64,000 nt of DNA. Origin: Mobula hypostoma (Eukaryota). Position 1 is the stretch's first letter. Each line of letters starts with the position of its first letter. Positions 11,911 through 24,897 of this stretch are shown here, in pieces. The stretch lies in NCBI RefSeq assembly GCF_963921235.1, contig NC_086097.1:204912001-204976000 (forward strand). Reading direction: 5' to 3'. The notes beneath the pieces are model-generated. The model ran no database searches and was not told the origin of the DNA. It worked only from the letters and a program-made list of their open reading frames with translations. Made by a program: the position numbers and the translations under genes.

Positions 11911-13894
11911 TTATTGTTACCTTCTTTACAGATGAATAAAATAACTTCTGTAACAAAATCCCTGTGCTACAGGAAGTAAAATAAGCCCACAATTCTCTAG
12001 ACAGTAGCCACACATGATAGTTGAAATGTCTAAGACTAACTTCTACCGATGATCCTTTGTTGATAGGAAGAAAAAGTTATTGAAAAGTGAAATAAAAACA
12101 AAAATTGCAGACACTGGAAATTATATCTAAATCAGAAAATGTTGGGACTACTCAGGGGGAAGCATTTGTGAAACGAGAAGCTGGAGGACTAAAATTTCTT
12201 TTTCCACAAATGCTGTCTGATCAACTGAGCACTTCCAGTATTTTCTGTTTCTATAGCAACATTTGCTGTTGGGTAAGACGGATGTAAAATTGATTTGATG
12301 TGCCCATACCCATGACTCATCTGCTGCTCCAGATGGGAGCTCTGTATTCAAGAATACCTAAACAGGCTGATCAGTGCGAGGAGCAATTTTATTGCAGTCG
12401 TCAGCTCATTCAAAATAAATAAATGAGCAACTACATTAAACAGGTGAGAGTTTATTACTATTGAACCAATAATTAATGTAAGCTTAATTACTTGCATTTT
12501 TGTTCACTTCATTCATCGGCTTAAAATAATTAACATAAAGCAAAGCATTTCATAGCAAAGTAATTTGCTCAGAATTACCAATCACAGATTTTTGTTTGGG
12601 GAACAGATTGTAAACTAATTCATTTACTATGCATGTGGATAAAAATTATCAAGCAAGAGTGTCAAGATACAAAGTGGATAATTAACTTATTGGATTGTGG
12701 AACTGGTGCTACCTTTAAGCATTAAAGAGACGAGACTCCAGTGATGTATAAAATGAAGAGGAATTTGAAGTTGTTTATTAATAGTTATGTGGCTTTATTT
12801 CTTTGTGGAATGTGGTAAGCAAAAGCCTTCAGAGAGTTGACTGCTACCAGTTGAATTTGCAGAGGGATATAAAGATCAACAGCAAATTATAGCATCATAT
12901 GGTTTTCCGGAATTATTGCTTTAGGACAATAATTACTTTGACAGATAAATAAGGAAAGCACATTACAGCTGCAAGAAATTGTCACATTCTGTAGCTTCCA
13001 GGCCTTAATTTGTCTTTGCATTTTTCTCAGAAGCAGCACACTTCCTACCTGCACTATATCTTATCTGTGATCAACCAATCCTTGAGCACATAAGATGACA
13101 ACATGGTCCAAAAAATACACCAGTCCATCCTCAAGTTCCCTTTTATAGTGTGTCAACACAAAACTATCATCAGCATCCTCAGACCGGTTCAGCTCCCCAG
13201 GCCTGGAGCCTGCTAAAGGCCGAGCTCTGATTAGATAGTCTTTAACCAATCAGGATGCAGCTTTTATAAGCACCGCAATTCTGAAAGGCTGAGTTGCCAT
13301 AAAGACATCGAGTTTTACAGTATGCAGTCAGGGCCTTTGGCTCAACGTGTCCATGCTAACTGTGAGTAAGTTTCATTTGCTTGTGTTTTGCTCATCGCTA
13401 TCTAAACCTCTCCTAGCGAGGTACTGAAATACATAGATGGCTTTTACATGTTGCAAATGTTCCACTACTTCTGGCAGATCATTCCAAATATGCAACACTT
13501 TTGCATGAAGGAGCTGCCCCTGATGTCCTTTATAAACTCGTTTCTGATTTGAGATGGTGATCATTGGCATTTAATGGATATATGTTGTCTTTCAGAGTCT
13601 AGAAAGCAATTCTATAATTTATTATTAGACAAACAATCCTTACTATTTCTAGTGAAAGTAATTTTGGATCTCACAAATATTCCCCTAAAAGCTCTTATGT
13701 CAATCAAGGCCAGTGCAGGCATCACAGCAAAGGACCAGCAGCAGGGGATTAGAATCTGTTTGTGCCCATAAATCAGGAAATTCTATTTGTTAGTCTTTAC
13801 CAGTTACAGTAGAAACTGTGCAAATTACTCTCTAGAGTTTTAAATAGATTAAATCAACACCTAATGACCCAAGTTGAGGAGTCATCAATCAGTG

Positions 13895-14350
13895 ACTCAG
13901 AATCAGGTTTATTGTCACTGATACATGTTATGAAATTTGTTATTTTGCAGCAGCAGAGCAATATATCAAATATATTCTATAAATTACAATAAATACGTAT
14001 TTAAGTAGTGAAAAGAGAGCAAAAAGGTGAGGTGACCTTCATGGGTTTATTACCCATTTAGAAATTGGATGGTGGAGGGGAAGAAGCTGTTCCCACAATG
14101 TTGAGTGTGTACCTTCAGGCTCCTATACCCCCTGATTGATGGTAGTCATAAGAAGAAGGCATGTTCTGGGTGGTGGGCGTTCTTAATATGGATGCTGCCT
14201 TTTGTGGCATCAAGTTTTAAAGGTTTCCTTGATTGTGGAGAGGGTAGTGCTCATCATGACACTGGATTAGCTTATGCAGCAACTGTGCGGTGGCCCCTCT
14301 ACATCAGACAGTGTTGCAACCATTTAGGATGCTTTCACAGTACATCTGTA
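13895..14350 (-). mobile_element. Decayed Rex1/Babar 3' fragment
   Basis: cagaatcaggtttattgtcac tail and gggaagaagctgttcc, shared with 14500-15545. Confidence 0.7.
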
Positions 14351-14499
14351 GAAGGGTATATGTTTAATCTCAGCTCTGAGAATTTTCAGATTATAATCCA
14401 CGATGTCCTATCAGTACAATAGTGAGGAGATGCTGTTGTAATTTGTACTATAAATTAGACAAAGTCTACTGCAATTTTTCTAGTGGACATGTCTATGTC

Positions 14500-15545
14500 G
14501 GAATCAGAATTAGGTTTATTGTCACTGGCATGTGAAGTGAAATTTGTTAACTTAGCAGCAGCAGTTCAATGCAATACAAAATCTAGCAGAGAGAAAATAA
14601 AATAAATAAATCAATTACATATATTGAATAGATTTTTAAAAGTGCAAAAACAGAAATACTGCATATTTTAAAAAAAAGTGAGGTAGTGTCCAAAGCTTCA
14701 ATGTCCATTTAGGAATCGAATGGCAGAGGGGAAGAAGCTGTTCCTGAATCGCTGAGTGTGTGCCTTTAGGCTTCTGTACCTCCTAACTGATGGTAACAGT
14801 GAGAAAAGGGCATGCCCTGGATGCTGGAGGTCCTTAATAATGGATGCTGCCTTTCTGAGACACTGCTCCCTAAAGATGTCCTGGGTACTTTGTAGGCTAG
14901 TACCCAAGATGGATCTGACTAGATTTACAACCTTCTGCAGCTCCTTTCGGTCCTGTGCAATAGCACCTCCATACCAGACAGTGATGCAGCCTGTCAGAAT
15001 GCTCTCCACAGTATAACTATAGAAGTTTTTGAGTGTATTTGTTGACATGCCAAATCTCTTCAAACTCCTAATAAAGTATAGTTGCTGTCTTGCATTCTTT
15101 ATAACTACATTGGTATGTTGGGACCAGGTTAAATCCTCAGAGATCTTGACACCCAGGAACTTGAAGCTGCTCACTCTCTCCACTTCTGATCCCTCTATCA
15201 GGATTGGTATGTGTTCCTTCGTCTTACCCTTCCTGAAGTCCACAATCAGCTCTTTCGTCTTTCTGACGTTGTGTGTCAGGTTGTTACTGTGGCACCATTC
15301 CACTAGTTGGCATATCTCACTCCTGTAAGCCCTCTCATCACCACCTGAGATTCTACCAACAATGGTCGTATCGTCAGCAAATTTACAGATAGTATTTAAG
15401 CTATGCCTAGCCACACAATGATGTGTATATTGAGAGCAGGGCAGTGAGCAAAAAACACACCCCTGAGGTGTCACCAGTGTTGATCGTCAGCGAGGAAGAT
15501 ATGTTATCACCAATCCACACAGATTGTGGTCTTCCGGTTAGGACC
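14500..15545 (-). mobile_element. Rex1/Babar-clade LINE, RT C-terminal half and 3' UTR
   Basis: ORF 14698-15474: PQGCV.SL..KFADDTTIVG..KTKELIVDFRK..FRNSFFPSAIR; (attctg)n tail. Confidence 0.88.
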
Positions 15546-15994
15546 ATGCGTGAGATATCCATTATTTCAGAACAGAGGAAATGAGTTATCTCCAGTTTCC
15601 CAGTTATTTATTCCATAGTTATATTTTTTTCAAAAATCTTGTTAGGTCATTTTCACCTTGTTGATTGTGAGTCCACAAAAAGCTATCAATGGCAACATAT
15701 CAAAACTACTTGAATGACGTGAGCTACTCTTAGAAAAGAATCTAAGTTTGTTTAAGTTTTTCTGATAAAATGGTGTGACTCTTTCCGTTAAAATGGGAGT
15801 TAGATACAATTAGACACGAATAGAGGTGTAGAGTAAAACAGCATGGAAGTAGGCCTTTCGGCCCATCTGGTCCATGCTGACTACAGCATTGTCCCTGATA
15901 ATATGCAAATTCTTCCCTACATTTTAAAGCACTTTGCAAAACAGCTGTAGTAATAATAATAATAATCATCATTATCATGACCATTATCATATTA

Positions 15995-17663
15995 ATGTGT
16001 TCTTTTGGCATAATATCTTTGTCTGAAACCAATCTGGAAAATGTAGAAAGAAAAATAAGGACTGAAATGACAAATTTCAGAAAATATTATGTATGCTCGA
16101 ACACACTTAGATTAGCACTGGGAAGAGGATTAACAGACATTAAAAATCCACACAACAATCAGATAAATCTTCTAAGAATACACTTTCACCAATGAAAACA
16201 GGATTCAGCACTCCTTGCGAGCATATGCAATTCTGATAAGAATTCTCATCACCGAATTTAAATGAGACCACAATCCAGAAAAACGAAGAGGTTACCAGTA
16301 TTGAAGAAAAAGTTATAGAATGGAAGAGTATGACCCTCTATGGAAGACGTCCCCACAATCTGAACAGACTAGAACAGAATCAGAATCAGGTTTATTATCA
16401 CCGACATGTGTCATGAAATGTGATAACTTAGCAGCAGCAGTTCAATACAATACATAATATAGAAGAGAGAAAAAAAACTAAATAAAATAATAAGTAAATC
16501 AATTACAGTATATATATATTGAACAGATAAAAATCGTGCAAAAACAGAAATAATATATATTAAAAAAGCGAAGTAGTGTTCAAGGGTTTGACGTCCATTT
16601 GTGATTCGGATGGCAGAGGGGAAGAAGCTGTTCCTGAATCGCTGAGTGTGTGCCTTCAGGCTTCTGTATCTCCTACCTGATGGTAAGAGTGAGGAAAGGG
16701 CATGCTCTGGGTGCTGGAGGTCCTTAATAATGGATGTGGCCTTTCTGAGACACCGCTCCCTAAAGATGTCCTGGGTACTTTGTTGGCTAGTACCCAAGAT
16801 GGAGCTAACTAAATTTACAATCCTCTGCAGTTGCTTTTGGTCCTGTGTAGTAGCCCCACCCCCCACCCCCCCTACCCCCACACCAGACAGTGATGTAGCT
16901 TGTCGACAAGGAAACGTCAAACGCCTGGTTGGAGACCTCTTCCCAGAAACAAAAGGATTCCTTGCAGCAATTCAGGACCAGGTGATTAACACAAAAATTA
17001 TCAAAATTGCATAATAAAAGACCAACGAATTCAAGATGATAAATGTAGAAAATGCCGAGAAAAAACAGAAACAATCCAGTACATTACATGATCCTATAGT
17101 AGTTTCACACGATTACTTACACAGACACAATCTAGTGGCGAACATCGTTCATCAAACACTTGCTTTAAAATACAAACGCATAAATGAGATCAACCCTTAA
17201 TATAAATACAAGCCTGATTCAGTTTTAAAATCAGAATACAACAAATTATATTATAACTGATCTGTTATTACAGACAGGACAATCCACAATAACCATTTGG
17301 ATATAATAATACAGGATAAACAAGCGAGGACAACTTACTTAATAGATACAGCCATTCCAAACATACATAATTTACAGAAATCAGTAAGTAAAAAACACCA
17401 GAAATATGCTGAATTAAAAGAGGAAATTGAAAGACTTTGGAACTTAAGCAAAGTAAACATTGTCCCGATATTCACAATGAGTATCATCCCAAAGACACTA
17501 CACAATAGCATTAAACAATTAGGGCTACACAGCATTATCTATGTAAATCTTCAGAAAACCACAGCACTAAACACACTACAATTCAGAGCAATTTGACTAA
17601 TGAGTGTGCTTGGCTATACCCGTACCTCAGGTTTTACCAGCTTGAGCTGAGAAAAAAATAAAT
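15995..17663 (+). mobile_element. R4/Dong-clade non-LTR retrotransposon (RT thumb, CCHC and restriction-like endonuclease), 5'-truncated and disrupted
   Basis: SFGIIS.SETNLENVERKIRTEMT..GRGL; GDLFPET.GF..AIQDQVI; DDKCRKC..ETIQ; RHN.VA; DIIIQDK..YLID.AIPN..K..KY.ELKEEIERLW. Confidence 0.8.
16374..16900 (-). mobile_element. Rex1/Babar 3' fragment nested inside the R4/Dong element
   Basis: Highly similar to 14500-15000; removing it rejoins the R4 frame (..RL-D|VDKETSNAW). Confidence 0.85.
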
Positions 17664-18135
17664 GGTAAGTCATCTGACTTCAAGATCTTGCAACAAATTA
17701 TGAGAGTTGCTGAGCAAATCGTCGTGGTCCCTCTCCGCCTTATCCAGCACATAACCCGGAGGTGCTGCATTCACAGAGCCCTCAGCATTGGCAAGGACCC
17801 CTCTGATCCATCCCATAATTTCCCTGACCTCCTACCATCATGCAGAAGACACAGCAGTATAAGAACAATGACTGTTAGGCTGTGAGAATTCTGATCACCC
17901 TGCTACTACCTAGTACATTTTTAATCTGTTACTATTATTGCGTTGATATTATATTATGTGCTGTGTGTGATATATGTACTGTGTTTTACTTCTTGGTCAA
18001 TGAGGAGTATTTTTTCATTTAGCTGTTAAATGTGTATGGTTGAATAGAGGATTTCCATTTAGAGATGAGGAGGAATTTCTCTAACTGGAATTCATTGCCA
18101 CAGATTGTGGGGCAAAGTCATTGAGTGTATCTGAA

Positions 18136-20026
18136 CAACACATATCAAAGTTGCTGGTGAACGCAGCAGGCCAGGCAGCATCTCTAGGAAGAGGTACAGC
18201 CAACGTTCCAGGCCGAGACCCTTCGTTAGGACTAACCGAAGGAAGAGCTAGTAAGAGATTTGAAAGTGGGAGGGGGAGAGGATGATCCAAAATGATAGGA
18301 GAAGACAGGAGGGGGAGGGACGAAGCTAAGAGCTGGACAGGTGATTGGCAAACAGGATATGAGAGGATCAAGGGACAGGAGGTCCAGGGAGAAGGAAAAG
18401 GGGGAGGGAGGGAAAAAAACCCAGAGGATGGGCAAGGGGTATAGTCAGAGGGACAGAGGGAGAAAAAGGAGAGAGAGAAAGAATGCGTGTATATAAATAA
18501 ATAATGGATGGTGTACGGGGGGAGGTGGGACATTAGCGGAAGTTAGAGACAACTTTGCCTCCAACTTTCACCCTGCCCTCAAGCTTACCTGGTCTATTTC
18601 CGACAACTTTGCCTCCAACTGTCACCCTGCCCTCAAGTTTACCTGGTCCATTTTCAACACCTCCCTCCCCTTTCTAGATCTTTCTGTCTCTATCTCTGGA
18701 GACAGCTTACCTACTGATGTCTACTATAAGCCTACTGACTCTCACAGCTATCTGGACTATTCCTCTTCTCACCCTGTCTCTTGCAAAAACGTCATCCCCT
18801 TCTCTCAATTCCTCCATCTCCGCCACATCCGCTCTCAGGATGAGGCTTTTCATTCCAGGACAAGGGAGATGTCCTCCTTTTTTAAAGAAAGGGGCTTCCC
18901 TTCCTCCACCATCAGCTCTGCTCTCAAACATATCTCCTCCATTTTACGCATATCTACTCTCACTCTATCCTCCCGTCACCCCACTAGGAATAGGGTTCCC
19001 CTGGTCCTCACCTACCACCCCACCAGCCTCCGGGTCCAACATATTATTCTCCGTAACTTCCGCTACCTCCAACGGGATCCCACCAATAAGCACATCTTTC
19101 CCTCCCCCCCCCCGCTTTCCACAGGGATTGCTCCCTATGCGATTCCCTTGTCCATTCGTCCCCCCATCCCTCCCCACTGATCTCCCTCCTGGCACTTACC
19201 CTTGTAAGTGGAACAAGTGCGACACATGCCCTTACACTTCCTCCCTTACCACCATTCAGGGCCCCAGACAGTCCTTCCAGGTGAGGTGACACTTCACCTG
19301 TGAGTCGGCTGGGGTGATATACTGCGTCCGGTGCTCCCGATGTGGCCTTCTATGTATTGGCGAGACCCGATGCAGACTGGGAGATCATTTTGCTGAACAC
19401 CTACGCTCTGTCCGCCAAAGAAAGCAGGATCTCCCAGTGGCCACACATTTTAATTCCACATCCCATTCCCATTCTGATATGTCTATCCACGGCCTCCTCT
19501 ACTGTAAAGGTGAAGCCACACTCAGGTTAGAGGAACAACACCTTATATTCTGTTTGGGTAGCCTGCAACTTGATGGCATGAACATTGACTTCTTAAACTT
19601 CCGCTAATCCCCACCTCCCCCTCGTACCCCATCCGTTATTTATTTATATACACACATTCTTCCTCTCTCTCCTTTTTCTCCCTCTGACTATACCCCTTGC
19701 CCATCCTCTGGGTTTCCCCCCCCCTTTTCTTTCTCCCTAGGCCTCCTGTCCCATGATCCTCTCATATCCCTTTTGCCAATCACCTGTCCAGCTCTTGGCG
19801 CCATCCCTCCCCCTCCTGTCTTCTCCTATCATTTTGGATCTCCCTCTCCCCCTCCCACTTTCAAATCTCTTACTAGTTCTTCCTTCAGTTAGTCCTGATG
19901 AAGGGTCTCGGCCCGAAACGTCGACTGTACCTCTTCCTGGAGATGCTGCCTGGCCTACTGTGTTCACCAGCAACTCTGATGTGTGTTGCTTGAATTTCCA
20001 GCATCTGCAGAATTCCTTGTGTTTGC
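18136..20026 (+). mobile_element. Penelope-like element: inverted pseudo-LTR, RT C-terminus, GIY-YIG endonuclease and pseudo-LTR with an intact HHR
   Basis: FHPALKFTW..LPFLDL..TDVYYKPTDSHSYL..RVPLVLTYHP..VIYCVRCSRCGLLCIGET; inverted copy 18136-18545; 13-bp TSD gagtgtatctgaa at 18123-18135 and 20027-20039; inserted into a CR1 3' end. Confidence 0.9.
19891..19926 (+). ncRNA. Minimal type I hammerhead ribozyme motif (intact core)
   Basis: agtc-CTGATGA-a-gggt(ctcg)gccc-GAAA-CG-TC-gact: stem I agtc/gact, stem II gggt/gccc, cleavage triplet GUC. Confidence 0.8.
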
Positions 20027-20999
20027 GAGTGTATCTGAAGTGGAGTTTGATCGGATCATGATTAGTTAGTTAGGGCATCAATGGTTATGGGGAGAAGGCG
20101 GGAGAATGGGGTTGAGAGGGATAATAAATCAACCAAGATGGAATGGTGGAGCAAACTTGTTGGGCCTAATGACCTAATTCTGCTTCTATGTCTTATGGTG
20201 TTATGGTCTTCTGTGTGTAGCAATATCATGTAGACGGGTATTGAAAATGGACATTACTGATGTGCGGAGAAATTGTTTTATGAACAGCCCTATTGATTGC
20301 CTATATCCAACTTCGTGCAAGAAGAGTCTTACTTGGTCAAAATGTATCCGATCCACACTCAGCTACTTACATTTGAATGGTTCCAGCACTGGAAGCTGCT
20401 AATTGCTACTCAATTAAGAACATTGATATCTCATGGCAAATTCAGCAGAGGAATAAACACATTAGCTATTGACCATGCATTCAGTTCGCTCATTGTGAAG
20501 CTTAATTATCTTTGATTTATTTGTAGTAAACTAAATATCAAGGTTACTCAGATTTACAGTGTTCCAATAAATTATTCTAATGTTCTCCAGGAGATATTGA
20601 TTGCGTTGCAGAAGAGAGAATTCAAAGGAAGCGGGCGGGGGTTGTTGGGATATTCTGTGCACCACAGATCCCGAGATGTTGGGTTGTGCATAATTAGGCA
20701 CCTGGCAAGGGACAAATAAGAGGTTAGTTTTAATTAAAATTGGCAAGTGACAGAGATAGAGAGACATTGGTGCAAGGTGGGAGCCATTTGTAAAGAACAG
20801 GTCTCATCGGGAGGGAGTCATAATGTGAGGGAGAGGGAGATATGTAGATATTATTGCGAGATGGAGCCATTTGAAAAGAACCAGACTCGTCACAAATTAG
20901 TTTCATTTGAGCCAATAAGGAGAAGGGAGGTGTAAGCAGAGAGGTCATTGTTGGAGTGCTCCAGTGTTAGAATAGAAGGCTTTGGCTCAACAGGCAAGT

Positions 21000-21950
21000 A
21001 CAGATGGAGATTCTAAAAAAGGCATCTAAAAGCTATGAGGAGAGAAAGTCTGGACAAAGGAGAGTCAGTGGATGGTGCTTACATGGATTATCAAAAGGCC
21101 TTTGACAAGATGCCACACATTAGAATGAATAGGAGGTTGGCTAACTAGCAGGAACGAAAAGTGTGAGTAAAGTGTACCTTTTCTAGTTGGCTGCCAGTAA
21201 CTAATGGTGTTCCACAGGGGTCAGAGTTGGGGCCGGTGCTTTTCATGTTATATGTCAATATCTGGATGACAGAATTTATGGCTTTGTAGCCAGGTTTTCA
21301 GACATTATGAAAATAGGTTGATGAGCAGGTAACAGTGAGCCTGCAGAAAGATTTAGACAATTGGGAGAAGGGCAACAAAGTGGCATATGAATTATAATGT
21401 AGGGAAATGTATGGTCATGCACTTCGTCAGAAGAAATGAAGGTGTAAACTATTTTTGAAAAGGGGAGAATATTTAAAAATCAGAGGTGCAAAGGAACTTA
21501 GGAGTTCTCGTGCAGGATTCCTGAAAGGCAAACTTGCATGTGGAGTTGATGATAAAATATAACATTTTCCCTTATTTTGAGAGGACTAGAGTGCCAGTGT
21601 AAGGATGCAATGCTGAGGGTTTATAAGATATTGGTCAGACTTCACGGAGTATCGTGAGCAGTTTTGGGCCCCTTATCTAAAAAAAGATGTGCACACCTCA
21701 TCCAGAGGAGGTTGACAAGAATGACAAGACCTTAGGAAGACCCCACTTGGAATACTGTGATCTGTTTTGGTCACCACATTATAGGAAGGATGTGGATACT
21801 ATGGAGAAAGTGCAGAGAAGATTTACAAGGATGTTGCCTGGATTGGAGAGCATGCCTTGTGAGAATAGATTGAGTGAACTTGGCCTGTTCTCCTTGGAGC
21901 GATGGAGAATGAGAGGCAATCTGATAGAGGTGTATAAGATGATGAGAGTG
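21000..21950 (+). mobile_element. Two adjacent or nested decayed CR1 ORF2 fragments
   Basis: MD.QKAFDK, GVPQGS and RPHLEYC..FWSPHYRKD motifs. Confidence 0.75.
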
Positions 21951-22549
21951 TAACCCAGGTTAATTAAACCCAAAGTTGTAATGTTAGAAATTTCTACCTG
22001 CGGAGGGATGAAAACAAGGTTTACTAATTTTTTAAAAAAGAATTTGAAAAAAACCATTATGCAAGGGTAGGGCAAGCTGGACACAGGTTGGACAAGGAGA
22101 GAAACGTAGCAATGATTAGAAGCTGAAAACATGAACTGTTATGAGTGGAATTAGTAGTGAGTCTCTTTAGCCTACTAACTTGAAAACCTCAGGGTGAAAC
22201 CATAGCGATAAAAGATTTTTTGGAGCTACAGCTATAACATGCAGCAGCTTTAACAAGACAATATCGGCAGAGACCGGTGTCCAAAAACCCTACCATGTAG
22301 TGGGGAATTAGTTCTGTAAAATCATACCAAGGGATTTGGTTAAGTTTTGGTACAAGTTTCTGAATTGACTTTCTGTGGATGATAAGCTACTTCATTTTAA
22401 TGAATCCAAGAAGCAAGGTGGGGAGCCACCCACAATGAAGAACCACCAAAATGTGGAACGACACAGCGGATTTAATACGGTTGGATATGTGCTTATTTTC
22501 ATTCAAAGAACCTGAATTGAATTTTCTGCAAGGACTTACCTGGTTAATG

Positions 22550-22915
22550 GTAGAGCAAAGAGAATTAGAAATACAGATGCACAATTCCTTGAAAGTAGTG
22601 TCATCAGAAGATAACATTGTAAAGGAAGCTTTTGGCACATTGGCCTTCATAAGTCAAAATATTGATAACAGGAGTTGGGACGTTATGTTGAAATTGTTGG
22701 TGAGACCTAATATGGAGTATCATGTGCAGTTTTGGTCACCTACCTACAGGTAAGATGCCAATAAGTTTGAAAGGGTGCAGAAAAAAATTATGTTGCCAGG
22801 ATGTGAGGATCTGAGGTATAGGATAATGTTGAATAGGCTAGGACTAGAGTGTAGAAGAAAGAGGGGGGATTTGATAGAGTTATGTAAAATTAGGTGTGGG
22901 ACAGATAGTAAATGT
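22550..22915 (+). mobile_element. CR1 fragment
   Basis: AFGTLAFISQNI..VRPNMEYHVQFWSPTY. Confidence 0.75.
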
Positions 22916-23244
22916 CCAATGTAAATGTTCAATTGAAAATTAGGTCTTCATCAGTCAACTGAATTCTGATAGTATTAGAATTTTTTTAACCATCTGAACA
23001 GTGGAAACACACTTTAGATCAAACTTTGACATAGTAAAATGCTCAATTCATTTGAATGTTTTTGCCGTCACAGTTCCTCGAAATATTCTTCCATATTGTA
23101 CTTGTATTTTCGCTTATCAGTGCTCTATTCATGAATGGGCAGATTGGATGGATAAACCTGCAGGTTTGATATTATCTCCACAGATACATAATTGGGGGTG
23201 CCAAAATATACACCTGAGCCATCAAGGAAAGCTGCTTGTTGTTT

Positions 23245-24085
23245 TCAGCAAATTTGCAGATGACACCAAGATTGGGTGTGTAACCAACAGTGAGGAATAT
23301 TATCAGAGCTTGCAGAGGGCTCTGGATCAGCTGAAAAAATGTGCTGAAACACGGCAGAGTGAATTTAAAGCAGGTAAGTGCGAAGTGTCGCACTTGGTAG
23401 GACCAACCAGAGTAGGTCTTGCACAATAAATGCTTGGGCACTGAGGAGTGCGGTGAAACAAAGGGCCGTTGAAAGTAGCAGCACAGGGTCATAAAGGAAG
23501 TCCTTGGCACATTGGCCTTCCTAAATCAAAGTATTGAGAACCAGGAGATGGGATGTTATGCTGAAGTTGTATAAGATGGTGGTGAGGCATAATTTGGAGT
23601 ATTGGGTGCAGTTTTGGTCACTTACCTGGAGGAAAGGCGTAAATAAGGTTGAAGGAGTACAGAGAAAATTTACTAGGATATTGATGGGTCTGGAGGACCT
23701 GAGTTATAAGGAACAATTGAATAGGTTCAGACTTTATTCTTTGGAATACTGAGGGAAGATTTGATAAAGGTATGCAAAATTATGAGGGAAATAGATAGGG
23801 TAAATGCAGCAGGCTTTTCCCACTAGGCTGGGTGGGTCTACGACTAGAGGACATGGGTTAAGGGGAAACTTCTTCACTCAAAGGCCATGGGAGTGCGACG
23901 CGAGCTGCTAGCGCAAGTGATGCATGCAAGCTCAATTTCACTTAAGAGAGACTTGGATAGGTATTTGGATGGTAGGGGTCAGGTGTGCTATGGTCCCGGT
24001 GTAGGTTAATGGGAGTAGGTAGTTTAAGTGGTTTGAGCCAGACTAGGAGGGTTGAAGGGCCAGTAATTTTCCATGACTTTATGAA
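23245..24085 (+). mobile_element. CR1 3' fragment
   Basis: SKFADDTKIG..LEYWVQFWS followed by the 3' UTR. Confidence 0.8.
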
Positions 24086-24897
24086 GTAAATTGCCTTCAC
24101 TTTTTGCAGATGCTGCTAAATGTTTCTAACATTTTTGGTTTCAAGACCAGGTGAGAAAGATATCAGCGTTTTTTCTGTGATGGGTAAAAATATCATATTG
24201 ACGTAAATGCAATCACCACATGATGTGTGCGTATTCAAAGCAGCACTTGTTCTCCTCTTGCTCTTCTTCCTTGTGTTTCAAGTCAATTAAATGTCCATAT
24301 GACAGTGTTTCAAGAGAGAGCAGGAGAAGGACATAATATTATTCCCATGATCCTTGCCAATATGTACGTAACCATTATTCTTTGCTACTAAATCTGATCC
24401 TTGTTACTCTATTGACCTTTTCTTATGTATGAATTGGCTGCATTATTACAATTGCTGAATTCAAATTACTTCCTTGGCTTCTGTTGAGAGTGTGTGCATG
24501 TGGCGGTGGGAGGGGGGCAGGGTGTGGAGGGGTGATGGTAGTGTTGTCTTGGTGAGTGAAATTATAGTTTTTCCCAGAGTCCCATGAATAATTCCCATTA
24601 TTGTGTCTGTATACTGTATGTGGCCACAAAAACATCATTTCTGAGGCATGACCCCAGCAGCAAGAGGATTAGAGGAGAAGAAATGATAAATAAATCATTC
24701 ACTAAGTGAGAATAGTATTGACTGCTTCTGGATTGAGTTAGCATGAATTTTAATTTCTAATTAGCTTATCAAGCTAGTATATTAGAGAATGAAATGATTA
24801 AATTAAACCATAACATTGAAGATTGGTAGTTTCAGTGAACAAAAGATTGGGTTCTGCACAGCAAACAGCATGCAGTCCGAGCAAATCTATATCTCCA

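Noticed and set aside
13061..13249. Host exon or ORF
   Set aside because: No recognisable protein, and all frames between the candidate splice sites that were tried contain stops.
21950..22550. piggyBac-like or LTR insertion between CR1 pieces
   Set aside because: Only a weak ccaggt(t)aa inverted match and one clean TTAA; no TSD or coding motif. Left unclassified.
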